From contig JBBQFN010000002.1 in the NCBI GenBank assembly GCA_038321985.1, positions 383,269 to 447,268 on the forward strand: a stretch of DNA of 64,000 nucleotides, written 5' to 3'. Each line of letters starts with the position of its first letter. The first letter of the stretch is position 1. The notes under the pieces were generated by a model. It was not told where the DNA came from, did no database searches, and saw only the letters and a list, made by a program, of their open reading frames with translations. A program made the position numbers and the translations under genes. The DNA is from Cyanophyceae cyanobacterium (lineage in GTDB: Bacteria; Cyanobacteriota; Cyanobacteriia; Cyanobacteriales; Laspinemataceae). This document shows positions 9,801 through 21,500 of this stretch, in pieces.

Positions 9801-12800
9801 TAGCATGGATGATAACTTTTTTGAAGTGGGGGGACATTCTCTCCTCGCAACCCAACTCGTCTCCCAAATTCGGGATACATTTGGGGTAGAGTTGCCCCTG
9901 CGGAGTCTATTTGAAACCCCAACTCTCGCACAATTAGCCGACTGTATCGCCATCTCCATTGCTGCCGGAAACAAGTTGAATTTACCGGCGATCGTCCCGG
10001 TATCCCGAACCGGCGGAGTTCCCCTGTCCTTCTCTCAGGAACGGTTATGGTTTTTGGAAGGATTGGAACCGGGCACTTATAATAGTGCTGCCACTGTGCG
10101 ATTACAGGGTCAGGTGAATATTCCCGCCCTAGAACAGAGTTTTAACGAAATTGCTCGCCGCCACGACACCTTACGGACTCGGTTTGTCGAGTGCGAGGGG
10201 CGCGTCATCCAGGAAATTGTGCCAGAGGTGAGGATTCCCCTGCCGGTAATCCCCTGTGAAGAGTCCCAAGTGCAATCCCTAGCAGTTGCCTTAGCCCAAC
10301 AACCCTTTGATTTAACCCAGTCTCCCCTAGTCCGCTTGACCCTGTTCCAATTACAGCCCGATGAGTTTATCCTCCTCTTCGTCATTCATCACATTGTTTC
10401 TGATGGCTGGTCAATGGGGGTGCTAATTGAGGAATTGGGGACAATCTACGATGCTGGTTGTACGGGGACTATTTCGCCCTTGCCCGCCCTGCCGGTACAA
10501 TATGCCGATTTTGTCCTGTGGCAGCGCCAATGGCTGAATCAGGCCATGTTAGGGTCGCAGAGGGACTATTGGAAGCGGCAACTGGGGGGAGATTTGCCCG
10601 TATTAGACTTGCCCACGGATTACCCTCGTCCAGCGGTGCAATCCTTCCGGGGGGCGACCCAATCCCTCACTCTGTCCCCAAAACTGAGTGAGGCGCTGAA
10701 AACCCTCTCCCAGCAATCCGGTGTAACCCTCTATATGACCCTCCTGGCAGCGTTCCAAACCTTGCTGTATCGCTATAGTGGACAAAGTGATATCCGGGTG
10801 GGAACCCCGATTGCCAACCGAAATCGTCGGGAAATTGAAGGGCTAATCGGCTGTTTTGTCAATACCCTTGTCTTACGAACCGACTTATCGGGAACCCCCA
10901 GTTTTCGGGAGTTGCTGGGGCGAGTGCGTGAGGTAGCTTTGGGTGCTTATGGTCATCAAGATTTGCCTTTTGAGCAGGTGGTGGAGGCATTACAGCCTGA
11001 TCGCACCTTGAGTCATAGCCCCATTTTTCAGGTGATGTTTGTCCTTCAGAATGCACCGATGACGGGATTAGAACTGCCGGGACTACGGTTAAATCTACTG
11101 GAGTTGGACAGCCAAAAATCCCGGTTTGACCTCACCCTGGCGATCGCGCCAACCGATGAGGGATTGTTGGTAACCCTGGAATATAGTACAGATCTGTTCG
11201 AGGCAGGGACAATCTCACGGATGCTGGGACATTTCCAAACCCTCTTAGGAAGTGCGATTGCCTATCCCGAGGCAAGGATATCGGAAATGCCGATGTTGAC
11301 GAAAAGTGAGCAGTCACAACTCTTGCATCAGTGGAATGATACGGCAGTCGCTTATCCAGAAACTGCCTGTATTCATGAGCTAATTGAGGCGCAGGTTGCC
11401 AAAACTCCGGATGCAGTGGCGGCAGTTTTTGAGGGGGAACCTCTCACTTATCAGGAGTTGAATGATCGCGCCAGTCACTTAGCCCAATATTTGCAATCAA
11501 TAGGGGTACAATCCAATCAGGCAGTGGCGCTTTACGTCGATCGCTCGTTGGAGATGCTGGTGGGACTGTTGGGGATTCTCAAATCCGGGGCTGCCTATCT
11601 TCCTCTGGACCCTGCACTTCCGGGCGATCGGCTTCAATATATGCTTGAAGATTCCCAAGCGGGGGTGATTCTCACTCAGCAGCATTTGATTTCAACGTTA
11701 CCTAGTCATCAGGCGCAGGTAGTTTGGGTGGATGCAATCAACCCGCCCCCTGGAAGGGTGAGTCTATACAAACAAAGTTCCCCTACGCGCGCTGAGGATT
11801 TGGCGTATATTATTTATACGTCGGGTTCCACGGGGCGACCGAAAGGGGTGCAATTGCGCCATCGCAGTGTGGTGAATTTCCTCACTTCTATGCAGCGGGA
11901 ACCGGGTTTAACCTGTGGCGATCGCCTGTTGGCGGTGACGACTCTGATTTTTGATATTGCCGCATTAGAACTGTTTCTCCCCCTCACTGTGGGCGCTTGC
12001 GTGATTATTGCTAGTCGCGAAGTTGCCACCGACGGGCAGCAATTAGCCTCACTGCTGGAAGCGGAACAGGTAACCGTCATGCAGGCAACGCCGTCTACTT
12101 GGCGGATGTTAATCGAAAGCGGATGGCAGGGTCGCCCTCAGCTTAAAATCCTCTGTGGTGGGGAAGCCCTGCCGCGACTGCTGGCGAATGAGTTGTGCAA
12201 TCGGGCGGGTTCCGTCTGGAATTTATACGGACCCACGGAAACTACCATTTGGTCTACTCTGTATCCGGTAACTCCTAGTGAGGGGACTGTTTCCATCGGA
12301 CGGGCGATCGCTAATACCCACGTTTACCTATTGGATCAGGCATTGCAGCCCGTTCCCGTGGGAGTTTTGGGGGATTTATATATTGGAGGCGCTGGATTGG
12401 CAGCCGGATATCTACATCAGCCGGAATTAACTGGTGAGAAATTTATCCCGAGTCCTTTTGCCGACAATCCCGAGGTAAAACTGTATAAAACCGGGGATGT
12501 GGCGCGGTATCGTCCGAATGGTACTTTGGAGTATATTGGACGGGTTGATAATCAACTCAAAATTCGCGGATTCCGGATTGAACTGGGTGAAATAGAATCG
12601 GTATTGGCAAAGAGTCCCCAGGTACGCCAAGGGGTCGTGATTGCCCGAGAGGATATCCCGGGAGATACGCGGTTAGTTGCTTATGTCGTATTACATCCCC
12701 AAGCAGAACCGAACAGTTCCCAATGGCGACAGATTCTCAAGCAGCAATTGCCCGATTACATGATTCCCACTGCTTTTGTCGTCTTAGACAGCCTGCCGTT

Positions 12801-15558
12801 AACCCCCAATGGCAAAATCGATCGCAAAGCCCTTCCTGCATCCGATCGCCAAGGAGAAGAGGCTCACATTGCCCCTGAAACTGCCATAGAACAACAGTTA
12901 ACCGAGATTTGGGCACAGGTTTTGGGGTTAGCACAAGTCGGGGTTGAGGAGAATTTCTTCGATTTGGGGGGTCATTCCTTACTGGCAACTCAACTCATCT
13001 CCCGGATTCGTCATACATTCCAGGTGGAGTTTCCCCTGCGGAGTCTGTTTGAATCGCCCACCCCGAGAGAGTTTGCGGCGCGTATTCCAGGCGCAACCGT
13101 AGCCGCCAGCTTACCCCTAGTCCCCGTATCTCGGGACCAAAATCTACCCCTATCCTTTGCCCAGCAACGCTTATGGTTCCTGGAACAATTAGAACCAGGA
13201 ACGGCTACCTATAATATACCGGCAGTCCTCCGGCTAACGGGGAATGTGGATGTAGCCGCATTGGAGGCGAGTCTCAATACGGTCATTGAACGCCATGAAG
13301 CCCTGCGGACAAGCTTTGCAGCCATTGACGGGCAACCCATCCAAGCGGTTACACCAGAATTGCGAGTAAACATCGTGACAGTGGATTTGTCTGACGTTAC
13401 CCCGGAAGACTGGGAAGCGCAGGGGCTGAAAATCGCTGTGGCAGAATCGCTCAAACCCTTTGATTTAGAACAACTTCCGCTATTGCGGGTCACCCTGATC
13501 CAACGGAATGAGGGCGATCGCCTGTTGGTTGTTGTCTTGCACCATATTATTGCTGATGGCTGGTCGATGGGAGTGTTCATTCGAGAAATTGCTACCCTGT
13601 ATCACGCTTTTTCTACCGGAAAATCCGTAGCACTTCCAGAATTGCCTATCCAGTATGCTGACTTTGCGGTATGGCAGCGTCATGTCTTACAAGGGGAGAT
13701 GTTAGAGAAGAAGCTGGCATACTGGAAGCAGCAGCTAGGGGGAACTCTCCCAGTCCTCAACCTGCCCGGTTCTCGTCCTAGACTGCCCATCAGCAGCCGA
13801 CGCGGGGCCCTTTATACCTTCCAAATTCCCCCAGATGTGGCCCGTGAGGTGCAGGTACTCAGTCATCAAGAAAATGTGACTCTGTTTATGACACTGTTGG
13901 CAGGATTCCAGACCCTCCTCTACCGCTATACTCAATGTGATGATGTAGTGGTAGGGACGGACCTCGCCAACCGCAGTCCCCTGGAAACCGAGGGGTTAAT
14001 CGGATTTTTCGTCAATCTCCTCGTCTTACGGACGAATTTATCGGGAAATCCGTCATTTCGGGAACTGTTAGCCCGAGTGAGACAAGTCACCTTAGATGCT
14101 TACGCCCATCAGGATGTTCCCTTTGAGAAATTGGTAGAAACCTTGCGTCCCGATCGCCAGTCTACTGCCAATCCCTTATTCCAAGTGCTGTTTGTCTTAC
14201 AAAATGCCCCCATGCCGCCCTTAGAATTGCCCGGGTTAACCCTCAGTCCCGTGGCAGTGGATACCGGCGTCGCCCGCTTTGATATCGCCCTATTCTTAAC
14301 GGAAACAGAATCAGGAATTACGGGAAAATGGCAGTACAACGCTGACCAATTTGAGGCGGAGGCGATCGTCAAGTTTTCTCATCATTTTGTTACCTTACTC
14401 AACAGTATTTCTAATCAACCCGATAGTCATTTGAATTCTCTTGACTTCATCCCGGAATCTGAACGAGAACAACAAGCTATGCAAAAACAAGCGCGGAAAT
14501 CCCTGAAATTAAAAACCTTTAAAGCGGTACAAGCGCAAACCGTTGATTTATCCCCAGAACGATTAATTAACACCGAGTATTTAACCCCCGGGGAAACCTT
14601 TCCTCTAGTCATTACTCCCCGGGTTCCTGAACTGGATGCAGTGGAATGGGCGATTCATAACCACGAGTTTATCCAAACGCAGTTGCAGCGGCATGGTGGC
14701 ATTTTATTCCGCAATTTCGGCTTGCAGACTCCGGAAGATTTTGAACAATTCGCCCAAGGAATTTGTCCCCTATTGTTTGGGGATTATGGGGATTTGCCTC
14801 GGGAAGGAATCAGTAGTAAAGTTTACGGTTCCACTCCCTATCCCGCAGATAAGGCTATCCTCTTTCATAATGAAAGTTCTCATCTCCATTGTTGGCCCTT
14901 AAAAATCTGGTTTTTCTGCGCTCAACCAGCCCAAGAAGGGGGCGAGACTCCGATTGTGGATTGTCGGAAACTCTATCAACGTCTCCATCCTAAAATCCGG
15001 GAAAAATTAGCTCAAAAACAGCTTATGTATGTCCGCACTTTTACGGAAGGATTAGATGTCAGTTGGCAAGAATTTTTCCATACCACCGATCGCACTGTAG
15101 TTGAGAAGTATTGCAATCAGGCGGGAATTCGCTGCCAATGGTTGCCGGATAATGGATTAAGAACGGAAAAAATTCAACCGGCGATCGCCAAGCATCCGCA
15201 GACGAGAGAATGGGTATTTTTCAATCAAATCCTGTTACATCATATTGGCTGTTTGGATGCTTCTGTGCGTGAATCATTACTTTGTTTGTTTGGGGAAAAT
15301 AAATTACCCCGCAATGTGTATTATGGAGATGGTTCGGTCATTGAAGATGAAACAATTTCTGAAATTGCCACCCTTTATCAAGACTTAGCTGTAACATTTT
15401 CCTGGAAAAAAGGAGATGTGGTAATGTTAGATAATATGCTGGCTGCTCATAGCCGTAATCCCTTCGTCGGACCCCGTAAAATTGTCGTGGCAATGGGGGA
15501 AATGGTGCAGCGAGCAGATATTCAATTCCCAACTCTGGAGGAAGCTCATGCACAGTAA
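6814..15558 (+). CDS. NRPS: interface(I)-A(unknown)-T-C-A(Gly)-T-C-TauD beta-hydroxylase
   Basis: Degenerate C motif LPALCAD; A1 AFSSSVRQL; GGHSL twice; HHIVSDG and HHIIADG; A2 code DILQLGLIWK (Gly); C-terminal FHNESSH...AHSR dioxygenase. ATG 6814 has GGAG upstream. Confidence 0.92.
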   Translation: MINEIEGFRLSPQQKHLWQLQQLDNFAYFCQGTVNIAGKCDSGILKTAIATVIQRHEILRTTFPCLPGMTLPVQVMTTGEFQWHDPLDLSHCLPEDRDSKLAAYSQEIAQQPFNWERGPLFHAAWVSLGVEESILIIRLPALCADSQSLENLGSEIATAYRAICQGETLSDDPLQYADLAEWQNQLLESPETEIGADYWRQLEVSGLGTMKLPGEIEGNVSKFQPQDYTVKLSGELTEKIAQIANNYEVESQTVLLAAWLGLIQRLTGQETFTLGVSGEGRKYAELSTVIGAFAKFLPLNYSGGEAQTFTEILRVVHQAVAEGEKWQEYFTWETLSGLPPETLPFFPLAFEGRKKAQTYGDSQLSFTGDRTRWVGSRFKLKLSVQPDEQGLILVFDYDTHAFERETIQRFSNHLICLLESMVATPEKPLSQLNLLTEAERHQLLVQFNATPRDYNNPGRIHQLIEERAAATPDKTALIFNQQTLTYGELNACANQLAHYLQQLGVNSQDLVGLYFERSLEMVIGILGILKAGAAYVPLDPAYPKERLGFMLANAQPSVIVTQAHLTAELSEIPAKIVCLDGDRDAIAAQSLENATTRVGEMAYLIYTSGSTGKPKGVKISHRNLCHYVQAMGHALGIQGDDIYLHTASIAFSSSVRQLIVPLAAGATVNIATSQQRQDPLALFQEVKDRNVTVIDIVPSFWRNSTYALSRLEAPARLHLLANHLRLIVSASEPLRSDLPTIWRQEFQHPAQFINMFGQTETCGIVATYPIPDTLGEGIQIVPLGRAVANTQLYILDEYQQPVPIGVTGELYVGGWGVGQGYLDRPELTAEKFIPDPYNPDSNARLYKTGDLTRYLTDGTIEFVGRRDYQVKIRGFRIELGEIESVLSEHSAVRDAVVVAREEAGEKRLVAYVTSDRPGELGRELRQFASQRLPDYMIPSTFAVLDSFPLTPNGKVNRQALPTLEELQGQSEATAPRTPVEELLAGIWVQLLQRSRVSMDDNFFEVGGHSLLATQLVSQIRDTFGVELPLRSLFETPTLAQLADCIAISIAAGNKLNLPAIVPVSRTGGVPLSFSQERLWFLEGLEPGTYNSAATVRLQGQVNIPALEQSFNEIARRHDTLRTRFVECEGRVIQEIVPEVRIPLPVIPCEESQVQSLAVALAQQPFDLTQSPLVRLTLFQLQPDEFILLFVIHHIVSDGWSMGVLIEELGTIYDAGCTGTISPLPALPVQYADFVLWQRQWLNQAMLGSQRDYWKRQLGGDLPVLDLPTDYPRPAVQSFRGATQSLTLSPKLSEALKTLSQQSGVTLYMTLLAAFQTLLYRYSGQSDIRVGTPIANRNRREIEGLIGCFVNTLVLRTDLSGTPSFRELLGRVREVALGAYGHQDLPFEQVVEALQPDRTLSHSPIFQVMFVLQNAPMTGLELPGLRLNLLELDSQKSRFDLTLAIAPTDEGLLVTLEYSTDLFEAGTISRMLGHFQTLLGSAIAYPEARISEMPMLTKSEQSQLLHQWNDTAVAYPETACIHELIEAQVAKTPDAVAAVFEGEPLTYQELNDRASHLAQYLQSIGVQSNQAVALYVDRSLEMLVGLLGILKSGAAYLPLDPALPGDRLQYMLEDSQAGVILTQQHLISTLPSHQAQVVWVDAINPPPGRVSLYKQSSPTRAEDLAYIIYTSGSTGRPKGVQLRHRSVVNFLTSMQREPGLTCGDRLLAVTTLIFDIAALELFLPLTVGACVIIASREVATDGQQLASLLEAEQVTVMQATPSTWRMLIESGWQGRPQLKILCGGEALPRLLANELCNRAGSVWNLYGPTETTIWSTLYPVTPSEGTVSIGRAIANTHVYLLDQALQPVPVGVLGDLYIGGAGLAAGYLHQPELTGEKFIPSPFADNPEVKLYKTGDVARYRPNGTLEYIGRVDNQLKIRGFRIELGEIESVLAKSPQVRQGVVIAREDIPGDTRLVAYVVLHPQAEPNSSQWRQILKQQLPDYMIPTAFVVLDSLPLTPNGKIDRKALPASDRQGEEAHIAPETAIEQQLTEIWAQVLGLAQVGVEENFFDLGGHSLLATQLISRIRHTFQVEFPLRSLFESPTPREFAARIPGATVAASLPLVPVSRDQNLPLSFAQQRLWFLEQLEPGTATYNIPAVLRLTGNVDVAALEASLNTVIERHEALRTSFAAIDGQPIQAVTPELRVNIVTVDLSDVTPEDWEAQGLKIAVAESLKPFDLEQLPLLRVTLIQRNEGDRLLVVVLHHIIADGWSMGVFIREIATLYHAFSTGKSVALPELPIQYADFAVWQRHVLQGEMLEKKLAYWKQQLGGTLPVLNLPGSRPRLPISSRRGALYTFQIPPDVAREVQVLSHQENVTLFMTLLAGFQTLLYRYTQCDDVVVGTDLANRSPLETEGLIGFFVNLLVLRTNLSGNPSFRELLARVRQVTLDAYAHQDVPFEKLVETLRPDRQSTANPLFQVLFVLQNAPMPPLELPGLTLSPVAVDTGVARFDIALFLTETESGITGKWQYNADQFEAEAIVKFSHHFVTLLNSISNQPDSHLNSLDFIPESEREQQAMQKQARKSLKLKTFKAVQAQTVDLSPERLINTEYLTPGETFPLVITPRVPELDAVEWAIHNHEFIQTQLQRHGGILFRNFGLQTPEDFEQFAQGICPLLFGDYGDLPREGISSKVYGSTPYPADKAILFHNESSHLHCWPLKIWFFCAQPAQEGGETPIVDCRKLYQRLHPKIREKLAQKQLMYVRTFTEGLDVSWQEFFHTTDRTVVEKYCNQAGIRCQWLPDNGLRTEKIQPAIAKHPQTREWVFFNQILLHHIGCLDASVRESLLCLFGENKLPRNVYYGDGSVIEDETISEIATLYQDLAVTFSWKKGDVVMLDNMLAAHSRNPFVGPRKIVVAMGEMVQRADIQFPTLEEAHAQ

Positions 15559-18500
15559 TCATCAAGCCGGATTTCGGCTTTCCCCCCAGCAAAAACGCCT
15601 GTGGTCCTATCAGTCTGGAAATCCGGCTTACCGCGCTCAATGTAGCGTTCTCATCGCCGGACAGTTCAACCTGGAACGCTTACACTCCGCCATCCAAACT
15701 GTGGTGAATCGCCACGATATTTTGCGGACTCAATTTCGCCGCATTCCGGGGATGAAAACTCCGATAATGGTGGTTGACAATCAAATGGGGTTTCATTGGC
15801 AAACCCTTAACTTAAGCGCGGTTTCATCCGAGGATGCCCAAGCCAAAATTCAGGCTATTTTTACGGCAGAACAATCTCTTCCATTTGACAGAGACAAGGG
15901 TTCTCCCCTGCGAGTCTGTGCTATCACCCTTGCAGCAGATCAACTGCTGTTAATGGTTAGTATATCGGCTTTATCTGGGGATAATGGAACCCTGAGAAAT
16001 TGGGTCAAAGAACTCAGTCTTGCCTATTCCGATAAATTGGATACCTCCCCCGATGAAGAGGGGGTGCAATATGTTCAATTCTCGGAATGGCAGCATGAAT
16101 TATTAGGGGATGCAGGGGACGCGGAATCGGGTATAGCCTATTGGCAACAGCAAGATTTTTCTGCCTTAGAACGGATGAAGCTGCCGTTACAAATCTTCCC
16201 ACCAATTGAGAAACCTTTTACCCCGAAAAGTTACCCCTGGATGATGGACTCTCAAGGGGTAACTCAACTTCAAACCTTAGCGCAACAGTGGGAAATTTCT
16301 CCTGCCGTCTTATTGCTGACTTGTTGGCAGATTCTCCTCCATCGACTCACTGGAGAATCAGAGATTATTGTTGGGACGATTTATAATATTCGTGATGACT
16401 ATGAGGAATTAAAATCCGTCTGCGGATTGTTGAGCCATGGCCTGCCTGTTCGTCTCAATTTTACATCAGAATTGCCCCTACAAACAGCAGTAGATTTAAC
16501 CGCGACATCCTTATCTGAATCGGTGGAGTGGCAAGACTATATCCATAGCGAATTTTTGGAATCTAAAGGGTTATTATTCCCCATTGGATTTGAGTTTATC
16601 AGCCTCCAGGAACCCGACTCAGTAGATGGAGTTTCTTTTTCTATCACCCAGCAGTTTACCCACAGTGAGCCATTTCAAGTTAAATTAACTGTTAGAGAAT
16701 GTCCTGATGGATTACAGTTTGAATTAAGTTACGATAAAAATTACGTTTCAGCCGATTATATCCAGCAGTTATCCGAACAATTTCAAACCCTTTTAACTCA
16801 GGCGATCGCCCATCCCAATCAAAACATTTCTCAGTTACCGATTCTCCCGGAACAACAGCGACAATTTCTCCTGCAACTGAATCAAACTGATAAGAGTTAC
16901 CCCATCCAAGGGGGGATTCATCAATTATTTGAGGCAGCAGTTAACCACAGTCCGGATGCGATCGCCTTAGTCTTTGAAGAAACCCAACTCACTTATCGCC
17001 AATTAAACGAACAAAGCAATCAACTGGCACATTCTCTCAAAAAATTGGGGGTAGGTCCCGATGCCGTGGTTGGGATCTTGACCCATCGTTCTCACCTGCC
17101 TCTCGTCGCCATGTTGGGGATTCTCAAAGCAGGAGGCGCATATCTGCCCTTAGATGCCGAATTACCATCAGAAGCTCTATCCCTGCGCTTGCAGGACGTT
17201 CAGCCGGTAGCTGTAGTGACAGAACAAAGCCTATCCCATCGCTTGGACTGTCCCTTTGTCTGTCTAGATGGAGAAACCCTGGGGGGAGAAAGTATCGAAA
17301 ATTTAGCCCCAAGTGCGACAGAGAACAACTTAGCCTATATTCTATTTACCTCCGGTTCCACGGGACAACCGAAAGCGGTAGCGATCGCCCATCGGCAAAT
17401 CCTCAATTACTGCTATGCTATTCAGGAACGGCTAAATTTAACCACTCCCGCAAGTTTTGCCTTAGTCTCTACCTTGTCCGCAGACTTAGGAAATACAGCA
17501 ATTTTTCCGGCCTTATGTACCGGCGGCACTTTGCATATTATGTCTAAAGTGCGGTCCTCGGACCCTGATGCATTAGCCGCATATTTCCGGCAGCATCCCA
17601 TCGACTGCCTGAAAATTGTCCCCAGTCATCTGATGGCCCTGTTAGGCGGCGATCGCCCCGGTGATATTCTGCCTCGGCAATGTTTGGTCCTCGGAGGGGA
17701 AACCGCAACTTGGGAGGCAGTCGCCACCATCCGCAAATCGGCCCCCCATTGCCGGATTTTCAACCATTACGGACCCACAGAAACCACGGTAGGGGTCCTG
17801 ACTTATGAAGTGCCGCAAAACCGTCCTGCCTACGCGAAAACGGTCCCCCTGGGGAGCGCGATTGCCAATACCCAAATTTATATCCTGGACCGTCATCAGC
17901 AACCTGTCCCCATTGGCGTCACCGGGGAATTGTATATTGGAGGTGCAGGAGTGGCGCGGGGTTACCTCAACCGTCCCGAACTCACTCAGGATAAATTTAT
18001 CCCGAATCCCTTCCACACTTCCCAAGAGACTCACCTCTACAAAACCGGCGATCGCGCCCGCTATCTCCCCGATGGGACGATTGAATTTCTGGGACGGGTT
18101 GATGAACAGGTGAAAATTCGCGGGTTCCGCATTGAATTAGGGGAAATTGAAACAGTTCTCACTCAGCATCCCACAGTCCGCGAGGCAGTGGTCACTTTGC
18201 GAGAAGACGAACCGGGAAACCCCCGCTTAGTTGCATACTTAGTTCCCTTTGGAAAGCTGGAGACTGTGGCAATTCGGGAATTTTTGGCCCAACGATTGCC
18301 CGAGTATATGATACCCGGGATGTTTGTTACCCTAGAACGCTTGTCTCTCACAAATAACGGTAAATGCGATCGCCGTGCCCTGCCTGCCCCAGATACTCAG
18401 TTGGCAACCGTAGAGTATATTGCCCCCCGCACCCCTGTGGAAGCGGCGATCGCCGGTATTTGGTCGGAACTGTTACATTGTCCGAATATCAGCATCCATG

Positions 18501-21500
18501 ATGACTTTTTTGCCCTCGGAGGTCATTCACTCCTGGCAACCCAGGCAATATCCCGATTACGGGCCACATTCCAGGTAGAATTACCCCTGAAAACCCTATT
18601 TGAAGCCAGCACTCTCGCCACTCTCGCCAAATGTATCGAACGGGCAATCCAAGCGGAACTCGGCTTAGAAATCCCGGCAATTGTTCCCATGTCTCGGGGG
18701 GAAACTGCGCCGCTATCCTTTGCCCAACAACGACTCTGGTTTTTGGACCGCCTAGACCCCGGCAGTCCGTCATACAACCTCCCTCGCGCCGTTCGGATTA
18801 CCGGAAAACTGAATCCCACTGCCTTAGAACATTGCTTCACGGAAATTGTGCGCCGTCACGAAATCCTGAGAACTCAATTTGTCTCGCTTAACCGAAATCC
18901 GCTACAGCAGATTATACCCGCTACTCCCTTTAACCTCCCGGTTATCGACCTGCAAGGCTTATCCCCGGAGGATTCTGAGGCGCAAGTGCGACGTATTACG
19001 GAAGCCGAAGCCCGCCAAGGCTTTAATTTGGAGAGCGATCGCCTCCTGCGTGGTCAACTGTTACAATTGGGTGCAACCGAATGGGTATTGCTGTTTACCC
19101 TGCATCACATTGTCTCCGATGGTTGGTCTACCGGGGTGCTGATTCGTGAACTCGCCGCCCTGTATCCAGAATTTTCTGAAGGTAAGCCCTCTCCTCTCCC
19201 GGAACTTCCCATCCAGTATGCGGATTTTGCCCTCTGGCAACAAAATTGGTTACAAGGTGCGATTCTTGAAACCCAGTTAGGGTATTGGAAAGAGCAACTC
19301 GGAGGCAGTCTGCCGGTGTTGGAGTTGCCCACTGATAAACCGCGTCCCCCGGTACAAACCTTCCGAGGAAACAACGTATCTCTCACCCTCCCCCCTGCTT
19401 TGAGTGAGTCACTCAAGCAGCTATCGGGGCAGCAAGGGGTCACTCTATATATGACCCTATTGGCCGCCTTCAAAACCCTGCTGTATCGCTATTCTGGACA
19501 AGCAGATATTCTGGTCGGTTCTCCCATTGCCAACCGCAACCACGGGGAAATAGAACAGTCCATCGGCTTCTTTGTCAATACCCTGGTCTTACGAACGGAT
19601 CTGTCAGACAATCCGAGTTTCTGCCAACTGATAAACAGAGTGCGAAAGGTGACTTTAGGTGCTTATGCACACCAAGACTTACCCTTTGAGAAACTGGTAG
19701 AAGCCTTACAGCCTGAGCGTGATTTGAGCCGTCACCCCCTGTTCCAAGTGATGTTTATCTTCCAGAATGCCCCCGTCACTCCCCTGGAATTACCGGGTTT
19801 GACCCTGGAACCGTTAGAACATGAAAATGGTACGGCGAAATACGACTTGAGTTTATATGTGCGAGAAACCGACGCCGGACTAGAAGCTACCTGGGAATAC
19901 AACACCGACTTGTTTGAACCCGCCACCATTCAACGGATGCAGGGACATTGGCAAACCTTACTAGAGGCCATCGCAACGGCCCCAGAAACTCCGATTTCTC
20001 ACCTGCCTTTGTTGACTCCCACCGAGGAACAACAGTTACTCATCCAGGGCAATCAAACCCAGGCGGATTATCCCCAAACTGCCTGCTTGCATCACTTGTT
20101 CGAGGCCCAAGCGCAACGGACTCCGGATGCGGTGGCGGTAGAGTTTGCGGGGGACCGTCTAACCTACCGGCAACTTAATATAAAAGCCAATCAGTTAGCA
20201 CATTACCTACAGGAATGGGGAGTGCAACCGAATCAATTAGTCGGACTCTACATTGAGCGATCGCTCGATATGGCGATCGCCCTCTTAGGCATTCTCAAAG
20301 CTGGCGCGGCTTACCTCCCCCTCGACCCGGCTTATCCCTCTGAACGATTACAATTTACTCTAGCTGATGCGGGAGTGTCTGTCTTACTCACTCACCAGCA
20401 CTTAGTCCCTAAATTACCCACTGACCAGGCGCGGGTGTTCTGCTTAGATACAGATTGGCGGACCATTGCCCCATCTAGTCCAAAAAATCCCCGCAGCCCA
20501 GTCCAGGCCGAGAATTTGGCCTATATTATCTATACTTCTGGGTCTACAGGTAAACCCAAGGGGGTAGAAATTTCTCATCGGGCCTTAGTCAATTTTCTCA
20601 CTTCTATGCAGCGACAACCGGGACTAACGAGTGAGGATATCCTATTATCCGTCACGACCCTATCTTTTGATATTGCTGCCCTAGAACTGTTCCTGCCCCT
20701 CATCGTTGGCGCTAAACTGCTTCTAGTGAGTCGAGAGGTGGCAACGGATGGAGTTCGGCTGGCACAAACCCTCAACGCTTCTGGCACAACTGTGATGCAG
20801 GCCACTCCTGCCACTTGGCGGCTGCTACTCGCTGCTGGGTGGGAAGGCAGCAGCAGCCTGAAAATCTTCTGTGGGGGAGAAGCCCTGGATAGCACCTTAG
20901 CCCAACAGTTGCAGGAACGTTGTGCTGAATTGTGGAATATGTACGGTCCCACGGAAACAACCATTTGGTCTCTCGTCTATCGGGTAGAAAAGTTCCGGGG
21001 GATGGTTCCGATTGGACGGGCGATCGCCAATACTCAGGTTTACGTCCTGGATAGCCACTTGCAACCCGTTCCCCTCGGTGTTCCAGGAGAATTGTATATT
21101 GGGGGAGATGGGTTAGCCCGGGGGTATCTGAACCGTCCGGAACTGACCCAGGAAAAGTTTATTTCCAATCCTTATCAACCGGGTTCTCGCCTTTATAAAA
21201 CCGGGGATCTAGTGCGATATTTGGCCGATGGCAATTTGGAATTTATCGCCCGAATTGATAACCAGGTCAAACTTAGAGGCTATCGCATCGAGTTAGGGGA
21301 AATTGAAGCAGTCCTCGCACAACATCCTCAAGTGCAGCAATCTGTGGTGGTTTTGCGGGAGACACGACTGATTGCCTATTGGGTGAAAGCCGCCACTGAA
21401 CTAATTTTGCCCGATTTAAAAGGGTTTCTAAAAACCAAATTACCGGCCTACATGGTGCCTGCTGTCTTTGTCGAGTTAGAGACCCTGCCTCTCACGCCCA

